DNA of 64,000 nt from Negativicutes bacterium (GCA_963665275.2 CAXXIN010000019.1:32001-96000), one strand, 5' to 3'; positions 31,529 through 42,715 are shown, counted from the first letter of the stretch. Translations and numbers: made by a program. The notes: generated by a model from the letters alone, not told the origin.

Positions 31529-32950
31529 CTAGCGCAGTAAAGACTTTACCGCTGCATCAGCCAATTGAGATAGCGGCCCTGGATAGACCCCCATCACCAG
31601 CGTCGCCGCCATGGCAAACAGCACTGTGAACTTCAGCGGAACTGCAATCTCAAACGAGCGTTCATCAGAGGGCTTACCGAGGAACATCGCTTTCACCACG
31701 TTGAGGTAGTAGTACACAGATACCATGGAAAGCACGAAGCCCATAACGGCAATGCTGAGATATCCGGCATCAATGACTGCCGAAAAGAGGAAGAATTTGC
31801 CCACGAATCCGGCCAAAGGAGGAATCCCTGCCATCGAAAGGAGCGATACAGTCATCGCCGCTGCCAGCATCGGGGCCTGGCGTGACAGTCCTGAAAAATC
31901 CGCAATGTTCTCGCCGCTCGTATGTTTGCTCACGGCGGCCACGACGCCGAAAGCGCCGACATTGGCGAACACATAAATCATCAGATAGAACAGCATGCCC
32001 TTCACGCCGGCAGCAGTGCCTGCCACCAACCCGGTCATGATATAGCCGGCCTGGGCGATGGAGGAGTAAGCCAGCATTCGCTTAATATTGGTCTGAGGAA
32101 TGGCGACCAGATTTCCGATCAGCATCGAGGCTCCGGCAAGCAGCAACAGCAGCATTGCCCAGGGATAACCTGTCGCAGGAAACACGATCGTGACTACTCG
32201 AATCAACGCCGCAAAACCAGCCGCTTTCGATCCCATGGCCAGCATCGCAGTCACCGGAATCGGCGCTCCTTCATACACATCAGGCGCCCACATGTGGAAG
32301 GGTGGCGCAGCAACCTTGAAGGCGAACCCCGAGAGCAACAGGACCCCGCCAACCAAGAGAGCCGGTGATGCCGTCAGTTCCTTGGCAATCGCGGCATACC
32401 CCATATGGCCGGACAGGCCAAAGATCAGACTCATGCCGTAGAGCATCACCGCGGACGCCGCAGAAGCCAGCACGAGATATTTGATAGCTGCCTCCGTGGA
32501 ACGGGTATCTGACAGAACATATCCCACCAGAATGAAGAAACTGAGCGTCATCAGTTCGATCCCTGCATAGAGTGTAATCAGGTCGTTGGCAGAAGACAGG
32601 ACCATCATCCCGACGACGGCAAACAGCAGCAGTGCGTAGAACTCTCCATGAGAATGCGGCAGACGATCCACCGTATCCAGAGAAAAGAGAATGACTAGGA
32701 TCGCACCGATCAAAAACGCCTGTTTGAAAAACACGGCATAATCATCCAGACTGAAGTAACCATGCCAAAAGGTCGCATTGACCCCATATTGAGAAAACGA
32801 ATAGAAGAATATCGCAGTCAATCCGCAGGCAGCCAAGGTCCCCAGGCTGCGCCGGGACCGACCGACGTCCATAAGCAAATCGAGCACCAGCAGGAGCAGC
32901 GCCAGGAGGGCTACCCCCATTTCCAACAACAAAACATTATAGTTCATCAT
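31529..32950 (-). CDS. nuoN: NADH-quinone oxidoreductase subunit N
   Basis: STEAAIKY, FKVAAPPFHMWAPDVYEGAP, KRMLAYSSI, GIPPLAGF. Confidence 0.93.
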   Translation of the reverse strand: MMNYNVLLLEMGVALLALLLLVLDLLMDVGRSRRSLGTLAACGLTAIFFYSFSQYGVNATFWHGYFSLDDYAVFFKQAFLIGAILVILFSLDTVDRLPHSHGEFYALLLFAVVGMMVLSSANDLITLYAGIELMTLSFFILVGYVLSDTRSTEAAIKYLVLASAASAVMLYGMSLIFGLSGHMGYAAIAKELTASPALLVGGVLLLSGFAFKVAAPPFHMWAPDVYEGAPIPVTAMLAMGSKAAGFAALIRVVTIVFPATGYPWAMLLLLLAGASMLIGNLVAIPQTNIKRMLAYSSIAQAGYIMTGLVAGTAAGVKGMLFYLMIYVFANVGAFGVVAAVSKHTSGENIADFSGLSRQAPMLAAAMTVSLLSMAGIPPLAGFVGKFFLFSAVIDAGYLSIAVMGFVLSMVSVYYYLNVVKAMFLGKPSDERSFEIAVPLKFTVLFAMAATLVMGVYPGPLSQLADAAVKSLLR

Positions 32951-34479
32951 TAAAGCCCTCCCCACAAGGTTGCCGCAGCCTTAAGCTTGACGAGCAGCGG
33001 GCCCAACGGAGCAATACCGCTGTTGACAACATCCATCAGCAGAGACGGCATGATTCCAAACCCTATGAGGAATACGCCCAGAACGATCAGCGGAACCCAG
33101 TCCGGACCCTGCAGGTCATGCACCCCGTCCCATTGCGGCAGGCGCGGTCCGAACAGCACATCAGCCAGAACCCGAAGTACATACAACGCCGTCAGAATAA
33201 TACCGGCGATGGCCAGAACAGCAAACAGGGGATAAGTGATGAAGGAACCGACAAAAATCGAAAACTCCGGCACAAAGCTGATCAGCCCGGGCAACCCCAG
33301 AGAAGCCATGCCGGCCAGCATGAACCCAACCGCAGCTTTGGGCATTTGATGCGCCAGTCCGCCCAAATCCGGAATATTCCGTGTGTGGGTGGCATGGTAG
33401 ATATGACCGATCATGGCGAAGAAGAGCGCCGCCATGACGCCATGCGCGAACATGTTGGCCACCGCTCCGTTGATGCCGATAACATCGGCGGCAGCAATTC
33501 CGATGAGAACATAGCCCATATGGGAAACGGAAGAATAACCAACGACATATTTCATGTCTTTCTGAACAAGGGCGATGAACGCTGCGTAGGCGACGTTCAT
33601 AACGCCAAAGGCCGCGATCATCGGCGCCCAGAACTTGAATCCGAGTGGCAGCATCATGAGTCCGATACGAATCAGGCCATAGCCACCGATTTTTTTCAGC
33701 ACGCCGGCATGGACCATCGATACTGCGGTCGGTGCACCGGCATATCCGTCAGGCGACCAGGAGTGAAACGGCCACATGGATAATAGTGAACCAAATCCCA
33801 ATAGTACAAAGAAGAAGGCGAAAATTTGGAACTCCGGTGAAAGCGCTCCGGAGATACCGGCCTGTGTCAAGGCTTCCATCGCGAACGTCCGCTTGCCGGC
33901 CGGGTAAGCCCCCAGATACAGCATGAAGATCCCCGCCAGCAGGAAAGCCGATCCCATCAATAGATAGATGGTCAGTTTCATGCCCGCGTATTCCTTGGTC
34001 ACCCGTTTACTGGAACCCCAGATCAGGATCATGATATAAATCGGGATGACCACAACTTCATAAAATAATAGGAACAGGAACAAATCACGCGCCACAAAGG
34101 TTCCGGCCACGCCGGTCACTAGCAGCAGGAACAGGATGAAAAACTCCTTCGGCCGCTCTTCGACCCGCCAGGAAGCGAACACCCCGGCGAAACCGATTAA
34201 CGCCGTGAGCAGGATCATTGGCGCGGACAGGCCATCAATACCAAGACTATAGGAAGCTCCAATGTCCGGCAGCCAATTCAGATTCTCGATAAACTGCATA
34301 CCGCCGTTGTGCCAGTCGTAGCCAAAAAACACAAACAGTGACAATAGAAAGGAAATCCCCATGGAAACCGCACTGACTCTTCGAATCGAAGCGCCAGCCG
34401 TAGGCGGCAAAAAAGTAATCGCCGCAGCGCCGATGATCGGTGCGAACAGGATTGTAGACAGAATCGGAAACGACATCAC
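32950..34479 (-). CDS. nuoM: NADH-quinone oxidoreductase subunit M
   Basis: GIDGLS, PFHSWSPD, YSSVSHMG, ASLGLPG..F.PEF. Confidence 0.93.
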   Translation of the reverse strand: MMSFPILSTILFAPIIGAAAITFLPPTAGASIRRVSAVSMGISFLLSLFVFFGYDWHNGGMQFIENLNWLPDIGASYSLGIDGLSAPMILLTALIGFAGVFASWRVEERPKEFFILFLLLVTGVAGTFVARDLFLFLLFYEVVVIPIYIMILIWGSSKRVTKEYAGMKLTIYLLMGSAFLLAGIFMLYLGAYPAGKRTFAMEALTQAGISGALSPEFQIFAFFFVLLGFGSLLSMWPFHSWSPDGYAGAPTAVSMVHAGVLKKIGGYGLIRIGLMMLPLGFKFWAPMIAAFGVMNVAYAAFIALVQKDMKYVVGYSSVSHMGYVLIGIAAADVIGINGAVANMFAHGVMAALFFAMIGHIYHATHTRNIPDLGGLAHQMPKAAVGFMLAGMASLGLPGLISFVPEFSIFVGSFITYPLFAVLAIAGIILTALYVLRVLADVLFGPRLPQWDGVHDLQGPDWVPLIVLGVFLIGFGIMPSLLMDVVNSGIAPLGPLLVKLKAAATLWGGL

Positions 34480-36380
34480 AACTTCCCTCCCCCGGCGACC
34501 GCACCGGCAGTGAACGCCAGTATCAGGGCCAAAGCTACTGTAGCCACGAACATAACCGCCGCATAATGTTGCATCTGCCCAGTCTGGAGCCGTCGCAGCA
34601 CCGCTCCGGCCGTGCCGGTTCCCCGGGCCGCACCATCGACGATTCCGTCAACTACATGGATATCTACCCAGTAAAGGATCCGGGCCAGTCCAGTGAGAAC
34701 ATTGCGGTTAAGCCACTGATATAGTTCGTCCACGAAGAACTTATTGAAGCTCAGAGTGTACAACACTCCAGCTTTTTGGGCGATTGCATCAGATTTTTTA
34801 TGCCCTGCGCCGTAGACCGACCAGGCCAGACCAAACCCGGCGAGGGCAATCAGGGTCGAGCTTGAGGCAACGCCCCAATCAATGCCGACATGATGCGCCG
34901 GACCGAAGCGCACCCAGTCACCGAAACCGAAAGCATAGGGAACGATCCCTCCCACAATACTCAGGAAAGCCAGCACACCCATCGGTACCAGCATCGATTT
35001 ACCTGATTCGTGTGGATGATTGTGCGGATTGGGTTCGCCCAGAAAGGCTACTATGAACAGCCGCGCCATATAAAAAGCCGTCATCAAAGCGGTGACCGAA
35101 GCGGCAATATACAAGGGCGTGGACACATGCGCGGCGGCTGCCAGGATCTCATCCTTGGAAAAGAAGCCTGCGAAAGGCGGAATCCCCGAGATAGCCAGCA
35201 CCGCGATTCCCATCATGGCGCAGGTGGCCGGCATCGATTTGCGCAGCCCTCCCATCTCGAAAATGTCAGCCTTGTCATGCAACGCATGCAGAATGGAGCC
35301 GGCGCCGAGGAATAGCAGCGCCTTGAAGAAGGCATGAGTCATCAGATGGAACATGGAAGCGGTCAAGCTTCCCAGCCCCAGGGCCATCATCATATAGCCC
35401 AGCTGACTGATGGTTGAAAACGCCAGAATGCGTTTGATTTCGCGTTGAGTCAAGGCAATGGAAGCAGCGAAGATCGCGGTGAAGCAGCCCAGCCAGGCAA
35501 TCACGGTCATCGCGCCGGGCAGGACAGAGAAGATCGCGAAAGCCCGCGCCACCAGATAGACCCCGGCCACCACCATCGTGGCCGCATGGATTAGTGCGGA
35601 TACCGGTGTGGGGCCTTCCATCGCGTCAGGCAACCACACATGCAAGGGAAATTGGCCGGATTTTCCGATTGGACCGACGAACAGCAGCAACCCGACACCG
35701 GTGAGGGTTGCCGCACCGTTGGCCTTGACGAAAGCGGGCACTTTGACGCCCAGTTCCGTAAAGTCCAGCGTTCCGAACAGAATCTGCAGGAACAGAATCC
35801 CCATCAAGAGGCCGAAGTCACCGATGCGTGTCGTCATAAAAGCTTTTTTGGCGGCTTCCCTCGCCGAAATCTTGTAGAAATAATACCCAATCAACAGATA
35901 GGAACATAGACCGACCAGCTCCCAGAAAACGAACATCTGCAGGAAGTTGGTCGCAATGATCAAGCCGAGCATCGATGCCGCAAACAGCGACATGAAAGCG
36001 AAGAAGCGGCTAAAGCCGGGATCACCCGTCATATAACCCGTCGAATAAATGAGTATCAGGAATGAAACCAAAGACACGACGAATAACATCATCGCCGCGA
36101 TAGGGTCGACCAGAACTCCCATATCAATGGAAAGCCCCGGCATCGAAAACCATACGGTTTTCATCAGGAACGGCGTTTCCACCGTGATCCCTTGACTCAC
36201 CACAGCCCAGCCTACGCCGAGCGCAATGGCGAAAGAGGAACCCATGGCCGCGATAGCCAGTCTTGATGCCATCCAAGGCGATCCCAGCAAAAAAAACGAA
36301 ATTGCAACAAACGCCAATGCCGGCAACAACGGAATCAGCCAGGCATGGGTCAGTGAAAATTCAGCCCACATGTTCGTCAC
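34476..36380 (-). CDS. nuoL: NADH-quinone oxidoreductase subunit L
   Basis: WELVGLCSYLLIG, GKSGQFPLHVWLPDAMEGPTPVSALIHAATMV, HAFFKA. Confidence 0.95.
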   Translation of the reverse strand: MTNMWAEFSLTHAWLIPLLPALAFVAISFFLLGSPWMASRLAIAAMGSSFAIALGVGWAVVSQGITVETPFLMKTVWFSMPGLSIDMGVLVDPIAAMMLFVVSLVSFLILIYSTGYMTGDPGFSRFFAFMSLFAASMLGLIIATNFLQMFVFWELVGLCSYLLIGYYFYKISAREAAKKAFMTTRIGDFGLLMGILFLQILFGTLDFTELGVKVPAFVKANGAATLTGVGLLLFVGPIGKSGQFPLHVWLPDAMEGPTPVSALIHAATMVVAGVYLVARAFAIFSVLPGAMTVIAWLGCFTAIFAASIALTQREIKRILAFSTISQLGYMMMALGLGSLTASMFHLMTHAFFKALLFLGAGSILHALHDKADIFEMGGLRKSMPATCAMMGIAVLAISGIPPFAGFFSKDEILAAAAHVSTPLYIAASVTALMTAFYMARLFIVAFLGEPNPHNHPHESGKSMLVPMGVLAFLSIVGGIVPYAFGFGDWVRFGPAHHVGIDWGVASSSTLIALAGFGLAWSVYGAGHKKSDAIAQKAGVLYTLSFNKFFVDELYQWLNRNVLTGLARILYWVDIHVVDGIVDGAARGTGTAGAVLRRLQTGQMQHYAAVMFVATVALALILAFTAGAVAGGGKL

Positions 36381-36389
36381 CTCCTTCTA

Positions 36390-36698
36390 TTACCATTTCA
36401 GCCAGTTAATTTCGTCGACTGAAAGAGTATTGCGTCCGCGATAAATCGCATAAGCCATCGCCAGTCCGACAGCAACTTCAGCCGCCGCCACCGCAATGAT
36501 AAACAATGAAAATACCTGTCCGGCAGCCGCATCGATGGCAGTATACCGTGAAAAAGCCACAAGGTTTAGGTTCACTGAATTCAACATCAGTTCAATCGAC
36601 ATCAACAGAGCAATCAAGTTGCGCTTGGTCAGGAGGCCGAACAGGCCGAGACCGAACAAGCAGGCGCCAACCAGCAGATAATGCGTTAATCCGATCAT
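36390..36698 (-). CDS. nuoK: NADH-quinone oxidoreductase subunit K
   Basis: [16 protein letters not shown]. Confidence 0.93.
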   Translation of the reverse strand: MIGLTHYLLVGACLFGLGLFGLLTKRNLIALLMSIELMLNSVNLNLVAFSRYTAIDAAAGQVFSLFIIAVAAAEVAVGLAMAYAIYRGRNTLSVDEINWLKW

Positions 36699-37207
36699 GA
36701 TTGCACCTTACCCCCTTTAAACAAAACCACTGCCCCGATCAGCGCCGCCAGCAACAACAATGCGACCGCTTCAAAAGGAACAGCGAAATCAGTGAGAAAC
36801 CTTCGCCCGATATCAGCCGTGTACACCACTGTACCCGCGCCGATTTTCCAGGGTGTCGCCAGCACCGCCCACACAATTGCGCCAAATAGCGTGAGAGCAG
36901 CGAATCCGCCAACCGCAACCATACTATTGGCCGGATTGGTTTGATCCATATTTTCACGGTGAGTCAGCATCACGCCGATTACCATTAGAACAGCCACTGC
37001 CCCACTATAGACAAGCGCCTGCACCGCTGCCAGAAATTCCGCTTCCAGCATCAGATAGAGTCCGGCAAGGCCCAAGAATGTCAGTGCGAGCAAGAAAGCA
37101 CTGTGCACCAAATTCCGGCGAGTCACCACGCCGACTGCGGCAGCCAGCGTCACACCGGCCAGGAAATAAAAGGCAACGGTCTGTACCACACCGGTTCCGT
37201 TCATCAT
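36695..37207 (-). CDS. nuoJ: NADH-quinone oxidoreductase subunit J
   Basis: [26 protein letters not shown]. Confidence 0.92.
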   Translation of the reverse strand: MMNGTGVVQTVAFYFLAGVTLAAAVGVVTRRNLVHSAFLLALTFLGLAGLYLMLEAEFLAAVQALVYSGAVAVLMVIGVMLTHRENMDQTNPANSMVAVGGFAALTLFGAIVWAVLATPWKIGAGTVVYTADIGRRFLTDFAVPFEAVALLLLAALIGAVVLFKGGKVQS

Positions 37208-37602
37208 TCTTTCCCCTCCTTTGCCGCTGCCCAGCAATCGATAATGAGTTCTGCATGAGTCCATTTGCTCATCTCATAATTTGCCGTCCAGGAAATTGCT
37301 TTGGTCGGACAAGCCTCAATACAATAATTGCAGTACATGCAAACCGGCAACGTATGAACATAACGCGTCAGTTCTTTCTTGCCACTTTCATTTTTTTCCG
37401 AAGCCAGACTAATCGCCGCATTGGGGCAGGCCATAGCGCAAAGACCGCAGGCAATACACTTTTGAAGATCCAGGTTTAAACATCCGCCGCGGAACATCGG
37501 TCCAACCGGCAGGCGTTCTTCCGGATATTGCACAGTGGTCGGTTTGGAAAACATACGCTTGAACGTAACACTCATTCCTTGAAGCAAACCTATTCCATAC
37601 AT
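37204..37602 (-). CDS. nuoI: NADH-quinone oxidoreductase subunit I
   Basis: TVQYPEE, CIACGLCAMACP, CMYCNYCIEACP. Confidence 0.92.
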   Translation of the reverse strand: MYGIGLLQGMSVTFKRMFSKPTTVQYPEERLPVGPMFRGGCLNLDLQKCIACGLCAMACPNAAISLASEKNESGKKELTRYVHTLPVCMYCNYCIEACPTKAISWTANYEMSKWTHAELIIDCWAAAKEGKE

Positions 37603-37615
37603 ACTTTCACCCCCT

Positions 37616-38656
37616 TCAGCTTAACGGAAAGAACAGCCACAGTCCCATCCCGGTCACAACAATATTGGCCAGGGAAAGCGGCAGCAAAATCCGCCAGCCG
37701 AATGACATCAACTGGTCCACTCGCATACGCGGAAACGTCCAGCGAAACCACATAAATACGAAAATCATGGCGAACACTTTAATGAAAAACCAGATCCATC
37801 CCGGCAGCCATGGCCCATGCCAGCCTCCCAGGAACAAAGTAGTGGCGATACAGGACGCAGCAACCATCGACGCATATTCCGCCATGAAGAAATAACTCCA
37901 GCGCATCCCACTGTATTCAGTGAATGGCCCGGCAACCAGTTCAGACTCGCATTCAACCAAATCGAACGGTGTGCGGTTGGTCTCGGCAGTCGCTGCAATC
38001 ATAAATATTACGAAGGCCACCGGCTGGGTCAGGATAAACCACATGCCGTCCTGCGCCTGGACGATGTCACTCATCCGCATTGATCCGGTAATCATCACCA
38101 CTCCGAGAGCTGAAAAAACGAGCGGAATTTCGTAGGAAAGCATCTGCGCCACTGCGCGCATGCCACCGATCAGGGAAAGCTTATTGTTGGAAGACCACCC
38201 GGCCATGAGCATCGTCAGGGTCGCCTGAGAACCCACGGCGAAGAAAAAGAAGATGCCGATATTGATATCCGCCAGCACCAGGCCGGAGTCAAAGGGAATC
38301 ACAGCATAACTCGTCATGGCAGCCATAAACAGAAGAATAGGCGCCAAGGCCCACATTTTGGAGGATACCAGGGCCGGCTTGATTTCTTCCTTGGTAAGCA
38401 ACTTGATTGTATCGGCGAGCGTTTGAAAAATCCCATAGGGTCCGAGACGGTTGGGACCGTAACGCATCTGCATGAAGGCGCAGACTTTCCGCTCCAGATA
38501 CACGAGGATCAGGGCAAAAACCAGTATAAGCGATAGAATGCCGATTACACCCACGAGCGCCGTCACCGCGTCAGCCAGCACAGCAGAGCCCGAACAATCC
38601 AGAACCGCCATTTTGATTAACCCAGTTATTTTATCCCAGATAGACTGTTGCATCAC
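37616..38656 (-). CDS. nuoH: NADH-quinone oxidoreductase subunit H
   Basis: ERKV..QMRYGPNR, AQMLSYE, AETNRTPFDL.E.ESEL, PRMRVDQLM. Confidence 0.95.
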   Translation of the reverse strand: MMQQSIWDKITGLIKMAVLDCSGSAVLADAVTALVGVIGILSLILVFALILVYLERKVCAFMQMRYGPNRLGPYGIFQTLADTIKLLTKEEIKPALVSSKMWALAPILLFMAAMTSYAVIPFDSGLVLADINIGIFFFFAVGSQATLTMLMAGWSSNNKLSLIGGMRAVAQMLSYEIPLVFSALGVVMITGSMRMSDIVQAQDGMWFILTQPVAFVIFMIAATAETNRTPFDLVECESELVAGPFTEYSGMRWSYFFMAEYASMVAASCIATTLFLGGWHGPWLPGWIWFFIKVFAMIFVFMWFRWTFPRMRVDQLMSFGWRILLPLSLANIVVTGMGLWLFFPLS

Positions 38657-38668
38657 TTACCCACCTTC

Positions 38669-39805
38669 CTATGCATCGGCTTCACCCATGCAGGGATCGA
38701 GTACCGCCAGAACGGCCACCACATCTGAAATCTTCATGCCCCTGCAGAGTTCATCCACACTTCCCAGATTATAGAATGTCGGTCGTCGCACATGCAGACG
38801 GTAGGGTTTCGTGCTGCCGTCGCTGACGACATAGAAGCCCAACTCGCCGCGAGGCGTCTCGTTGGCATGATAAACCTCGCCGACCGGCGGTTTGATGATC
38901 TTCGCCGTTTTGGCCATGAACGGCCCTTCCGGCAACCCTTCAAGCGCCTGTTTGATAATCTTGGCGCTCTCGGAAATCTCTTGGTAGCGCACCATGTAGC
39001 GATCCCAGTTGTCACCGACTGTACCTGTCGGGATGTCAAACTCAAACCGATTGTAAACGCTGTACGGTTTTTTCAGCCGCAGGTCGTACGGCACACCAGC
39101 AGCCCTCAGCACGGGCCCTGTCACACCCAACGAAACCAGTGTGTCAGCAGACACAATCGACATACCTTTGAGACGGTGTTGGAAGATTTCATTGCCGTTA
39201 ATCAATCGATTATACTCATACAGCATATCCGGCAAATCCGCCAGAAACTTCTGCAGCAGTTCGACGAATTCAGTGGAGATATCCGCCATCACGCCGCCAA
39301 TCCTGACATAAGAATAAGTCAGCCGCGAACCGCAAACCAGATTAAACAAGTCCAGAATTCTTTCCCTGTCGCGGAATGTATACATCATGCCGGTCGCACC
39401 GCCGAAGTCCAGAGCCGTAGCCCCGATGAACAGCATGTGGCTGGCGATACGATTGAGTTCCGCCATCATGACCCGAATATATTCAGCGCGTTCCGGCACT
39501 TCAATGCCGGCGAGTTTTTCAATCGTCTGGCAATACGCCAAATTGTTGCACATGGACGCAACATAGTCCAACCGGTCCGTGTAAGGAATAAATTGCGGAT
39601 AAGTCCGGCTCTCCGCCAACTTTTCAAGTCCTCGATGCAGATAGCCCATCACAGGTATCGCCCGAACTACGGTCTCTCCGTCAAGTTCGAGCACCACACG
39701 GAAAACACCGTGCGTACTCGGATGCTGCGGCCCCATATTCAGATAGTAAAGTTCCGTGCCTGTCGGCGTCATTCCGGCAGGTGTCAGATTCAATCCTGTC
39801 GCCAT
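38669..39805 (-). CDS. nuoD: NADH-quinone oxidoreductase subunit D
   Basis: [33 protein letters not shown]; ends DPCMGEADA. Confidence 0.95.
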   Translation of the reverse strand: MATGLNLTPAGMTPTGTELYYLNMGPQHPSTHGVFRVVLELDGETVVRAIPVMGYLHRGLEKLAESRTYPQFIPYTDRLDYVASMCNNLAYCQTIEKLAGIEVPERAEYIRVMMAELNRIASHMLFIGATALDFGGATGMMYTFRDRERILDLFNLVCGSRLTYSYVRIGGVMADISTEFVELLQKFLADLPDMLYEYNRLINGNEIFQHRLKGMSIVSADTLVSLGVTGPVLRAAGVPYDLRLKKPYSVYNRFEFDIPTGTVGDNWDRYMVRYQEISESAKIIKQALEGLPEGPFMAKTAKIIKPPVGEVYHANETPRGELGFYVVSDGSTKPYRLHVRRPTFYNLGSVDELCRGMKISDVVAVLAVLDPCMGEADA

Positions 39806-39809
39806 GCCT

Positions 39810-40226
39810 TCACCTTCCGTCCTGCTGTCCGGTTCGCCCAGGCAGCTTGTAATCCTTGCGCAACGGGAAGAAGCCAAATCCGTCCTCCGGCGCGAGCAGC
39901 GGTCGAGGGTCCGGATGTCCGGCAAAAACGATGCCAAACAGGTCCTGCACTTCCCTCTCGCCAAACATGGCAGATAGCCACAGGTCCGTCACCGAAACCA
40001 CCTCGGGTTTTTCCCGCGGAATTTCGACCTTGACGACCATATCCTTATCATACTTTAGAGAGTTCAGGTGATAAACGACTTCAAAAAACTCACCGCGGTC
40101 TACGGCTGTCACATCGATCAACCGGTCAAAGCAGCAGGCCGGATTCTCTTTCAAATCGCGCATCCAATCTTTCATTTCAGCAGGCGAAGGAGTAAGCAAC
40201 CCGGTTGCCATCATTTCTTCATTCAT
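39810..40226 (-). CDS. nuoC: NADH-quinone oxidoreductase subunit C
   Basis: [22 protein letters not shown]. Confidence 0.92.
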   Translation of the reverse strand: MNEEMMATGLLTPSPAEMKDWMRDLKENPACCFDRLIDVTAVDRGEFFEVVYHLNSLKYDKDMVVKVEIPREKPEVVSVTDLWLSAMFGEREVQDLFGIVFAGHPDPRPLLAPEDGFGFFPLRKDYKLPGRTGQQDGR

Positions 40227-40744
40227 TTTTTACCACCTCGCCGCTTTGACTCCATAACCTTTTCCCGCAGCGTCAGCATTCCATGCAAAAGTGCTTCGGG
40301 GCGCGGCGGACACCCTGGAATAAACACATCGACCGGCAAAATCTTATCAACGCCAGGCACAACCGAATAGGAATCCACGAAAGGTCCGCCGCCAATCGCA
40401 CAGCTCCCCATCGCAATCACCCATTTCGATTCCGGCATCTGTTCGTACAGACGAATCAGCGGCGGCGCCATTTTTCTTGTCACCGTTCCCGCCACAATCA
40501 GCAGATCCGCATGACGCGGCGATGGACGAAATACTTCGTAACCAAAACGAGCCATGTCGAAACGACCGGCGCCGCAGGCCATCATTTCAATCGCACAGCA
40601 TGCCAAGCCGGAAGTCAGCGGCCAAAACGACCGTGTCTGCGCCCAGGCCAACACTTGTTCCACTGTGGTCACGATGATATTGTCTTGCCCCAGCAATCCT
40701 TCCAAACGACTTTGGGCAGGTTGTTGATCGGTCATCATTTCCAT
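40223..40744 (-). CDS. nuoB: NADH-quinone oxidoreductase subunit B
   Basis: [32 protein letters not shown]. Confidence 0.95.
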   Translation of the reverse strand: MEMMTDQQPAQSRLEGLLGQDNIIVTTVEQVLAWAQTRSFWPLTSGLACCAIEMMACGAGRFDMARFGYEVFRPSPRHADLLIVAGTVTRKMAPPLIRLYEQMPESKWVIAMGSCAIGGGPFVDSYSVVPGVDKILPVDVFIPGCPPRPEALLHGMLTLREKVMESKRRGGKK

Positions 40745-41091
40745 TCGAGAGCCCCCTTCTTCCATGCATACCAAAGCCCCAGCAGCAATATCGCCATAAA
40801 CACGAACATCGCGAGAAAGGCGGTGATATTCATCGTGCGAAATACGACTGCCCACGGGTAAAGAAATACAGTTTCCACATCAAACACAACAAAAGCCAAC
40901 GCGTAGAGAAAATAGCTTGTCTTGAACTGCACCCACGACCGTCCGATCGTGTCTACACCACATTCATAGACCATCTCTTTCTCTTTGCTTGGCTTACGTT
41001 TTTGAATGATTGACGATACAATCAGTGGAATAAAAGGAAAGATAAATGCAACACCGGCCAAAATCGCAATGGCCCCGAACTGTTCCAACAT
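40735..41091 (-). CDS. nuoA: NADH-quinone oxidoreductase subunit A
   Basis: [23 protein letters not shown]; GGAGG RBS before ATG 41091. Confidence 0.94.
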   Translation of the reverse strand: MLEQFGAIAILAGVAFIFPFIPLIVSSIIQKRKPSKEKEMVYECGVDTIGRSWVQFKTSYFLYALAFVVFDVETVFLYPWAVVFRTMNITAFLAMFVFMAILLLGLWYAWKKGALEWK

Positions 41092-41159
41092 GAAAAAAAC
41101 CTCCCGTTTCCCTGTAGGGGTAATGATGGATAGATAGTCCAGCTTATATCCAATCAACG

Positions 41160-41621
41160 TTAGGCATATTTCTTCAGCAGCATCAGTGTCGAGAAAAACG
41201 ACATCAATAGTGCGACGATCAGCCCCACGGTAACCCAACTTATGCTCCCCCGTTGCCAGCGATCCGGTATATCCAGAAACGCCTCGGTGGAATCCGACGG
41301 ATTACAAAAAGCGACCGCAAAAGTCTCCAGTTCCCGTTGCACCCGTTCCCTCTCCGTTTCACGGATGGTCCAGTTAACCGGTAACAGTTTGCGGCTCCTG
41401 TGCGTACAGCCTTCTATTTGATATTCAAATAATACGGAAGCAATGCGTAAACTTTGGCTGTTGCCAAAACTTGGCCACCCGGCGCGGCGAAAGCAGATGG
41501 AGCCAGGAACAACGTGCACATTTACGTGCGGCCAGAACAAAATCGACTTTTCCTTTAATCGAATTCGAAACAACACGCCGGATGCTGTCACCGACAGCAC
41601 AAATCCTATCCACAGGCCCAC
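41160..41621 (-). CDS. Hypothetical membrane protein (TM segments at both ends)
   Basis: ORF co-oriented between the DUF362 gene and nuoA; start codon uncertain. Confidence 0.55.
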   Translation of the reverse strand: MGLWIGFVLSVTASGVLFRIRLKEKSILFWPHVNVHVVPGSICFRRAGWPSFGNSQSLRIASVLFEYQIEGCTHRSRKLLPVNWTIRETERERVQRELETFAVAFCNPSDSTEAFLDIPDRWQRGSISWVTVGLIVALLMSFFSTLMLLKKYA

Positions 41622-41659
41622 TGTCTCTATGTTAAAATCTCCTTCATATATGATACCAC

Positions 41660-42616
41660 TTAAACACGGAGGGGGGTCAACTTTTTCCAGTCGAGCAAAC
41701 CCACTCCCAATTCAGCGGCAATGACGATATGGCTGATATCCGCCGCCTTCAGCCCGAACAACTCCGCGCCATATGCATCGGCGGCCACCGGATCGGTACT
41801 GAAGATCAGCTGATTGTATTCACGAATGGTTCCCGGTCCCATCGGACCGTGCGTTGTAATTCCTTTCAATGCATCCATTATGACCAGATCAGGCTTCTTG
41901 AAAGCAGTCAGTTCGGCGATGGTCCGGTGTAGGTCTGTACGGTGAAAAAAACCACGGTCCCAGACCAAGCCCATCATATTTTTGAGACCCATCGTCAAGC
42001 CGGTTCCGTTATGATGTTTGAGGATGGGGAAACTGATAAAAACATCGGCTTCCAGCACATCTTTCGAGTATTGCATTGATTGTAAAATGGACCCGCCGGC
42101 ATTTACCGCCGAGTAAACCTCACCGGACAGTTTATTGGTCGTATAAACCTTGCCGCCAGCCGCTTCCACGGCGCGGCGGATGCCGGAATTCTCCAGAGCG
42201 ATCTGCGCGTTCGTGAACGGATTGTCGATGACTTTTACCGTTCGAGCTCCGGCGCCGAGACATCGCTTCACCAGCGCCGCCACTAGGAACGGATTGGTTG
42301 TCGCAGCCTGGTCCGGCGTGCGTGGCACGCTGAAATTGGGTTTGATCACAACAGTCTGCCCTTGTTTAACGAAGCGGCCGATTCCGCCCATCGCTTGCAG
42401 GCCCCGTTCGATCAGTTCGTCCGGATCAGTCCCGTTCGCGACAGCCATCGAAGGAGCGGCGGTGTTGGAAACAGGAGCAGGAGCGGCTGCGACCGGATCC
42501 GCAGGTTTTTGCGGTAGACCGACATCGGCGCTTGTTTTATTATTTCCGCACCCAGGTAAGCCCATGAGAGCAATTGAACCTGCAACTGTCCACTTCATAA
42601 ATTCTCTACGCCTCAT
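41660..42616 (-). CDS. Tat-exported DUF362-domain (lipo)protein
   Basis: MRRREFMK Tat motif and LPGC lipobox-like site; VIKPN, TTNP, PILKHH..TMGLKNMMG, DPVAAD typical of DUF362. Confidence 0.85.
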   Translation of the reverse strand: MRRREFMKWTVAGSIALMGLPGCGNNKTSADVGLPQKPADPVAAAPAPVSNTAAPSMAVANGTDPDELIERGLQAMGGIGRFVKQGQTVVIKPNFSVPRTPDQAATTNPFLVAALVKRCLGAGARTVKVIDNPFTNAQIALENSGIRRAVEAAGGKVYTTNKLSGEVYSAVNAGGSILQSMQYSKDVLEADVFISFPILKHHNGTGLTMGLKNMMGLVWDRGFFHRTDLHRTIAELTAFKKPDLVIMDALKGITTHGPMGPGTIREYNQLIFSTDPVAADAYGAELFGLKAADISHIVIAAELGVGLLDWKKLTPLRV

Positions 42617-42697
42617 GGTTTTCCTCCCCCTATCTCATATTAATTTGTTATGTTATCATAAATTTTTTCCGCATAACGGACGCAATCTTTCTAACAT

Positions 42698-42715
42698 TGC
42701 AATAATCGTGCCAAT
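42698..42715 (-). promoter_or_regulatory. Sigma54 (-24/-12) promoter upstream of the DUF362 gene
   Basis: Minus strand TTGGCACGATTATTGCAA matches TGGCACG-N4-TTGC(A/T), about 80 bp upstream of ATG 42616. Confidence 0.8.

Noticed and set aside
38792-40033. 413-aa plus-strand ORF
   Set aside because: Antisense shadow of nuoC/nuoD.
38669-40744. Group 4 [NiFe]-hydrogenase interpretation of the nuo cluster
   Set aside because: The large subunit lacks both complete CxxC Ni-binding motifs, NuoB has the tandem CC of complex I, and no hyp maturation genes are present.
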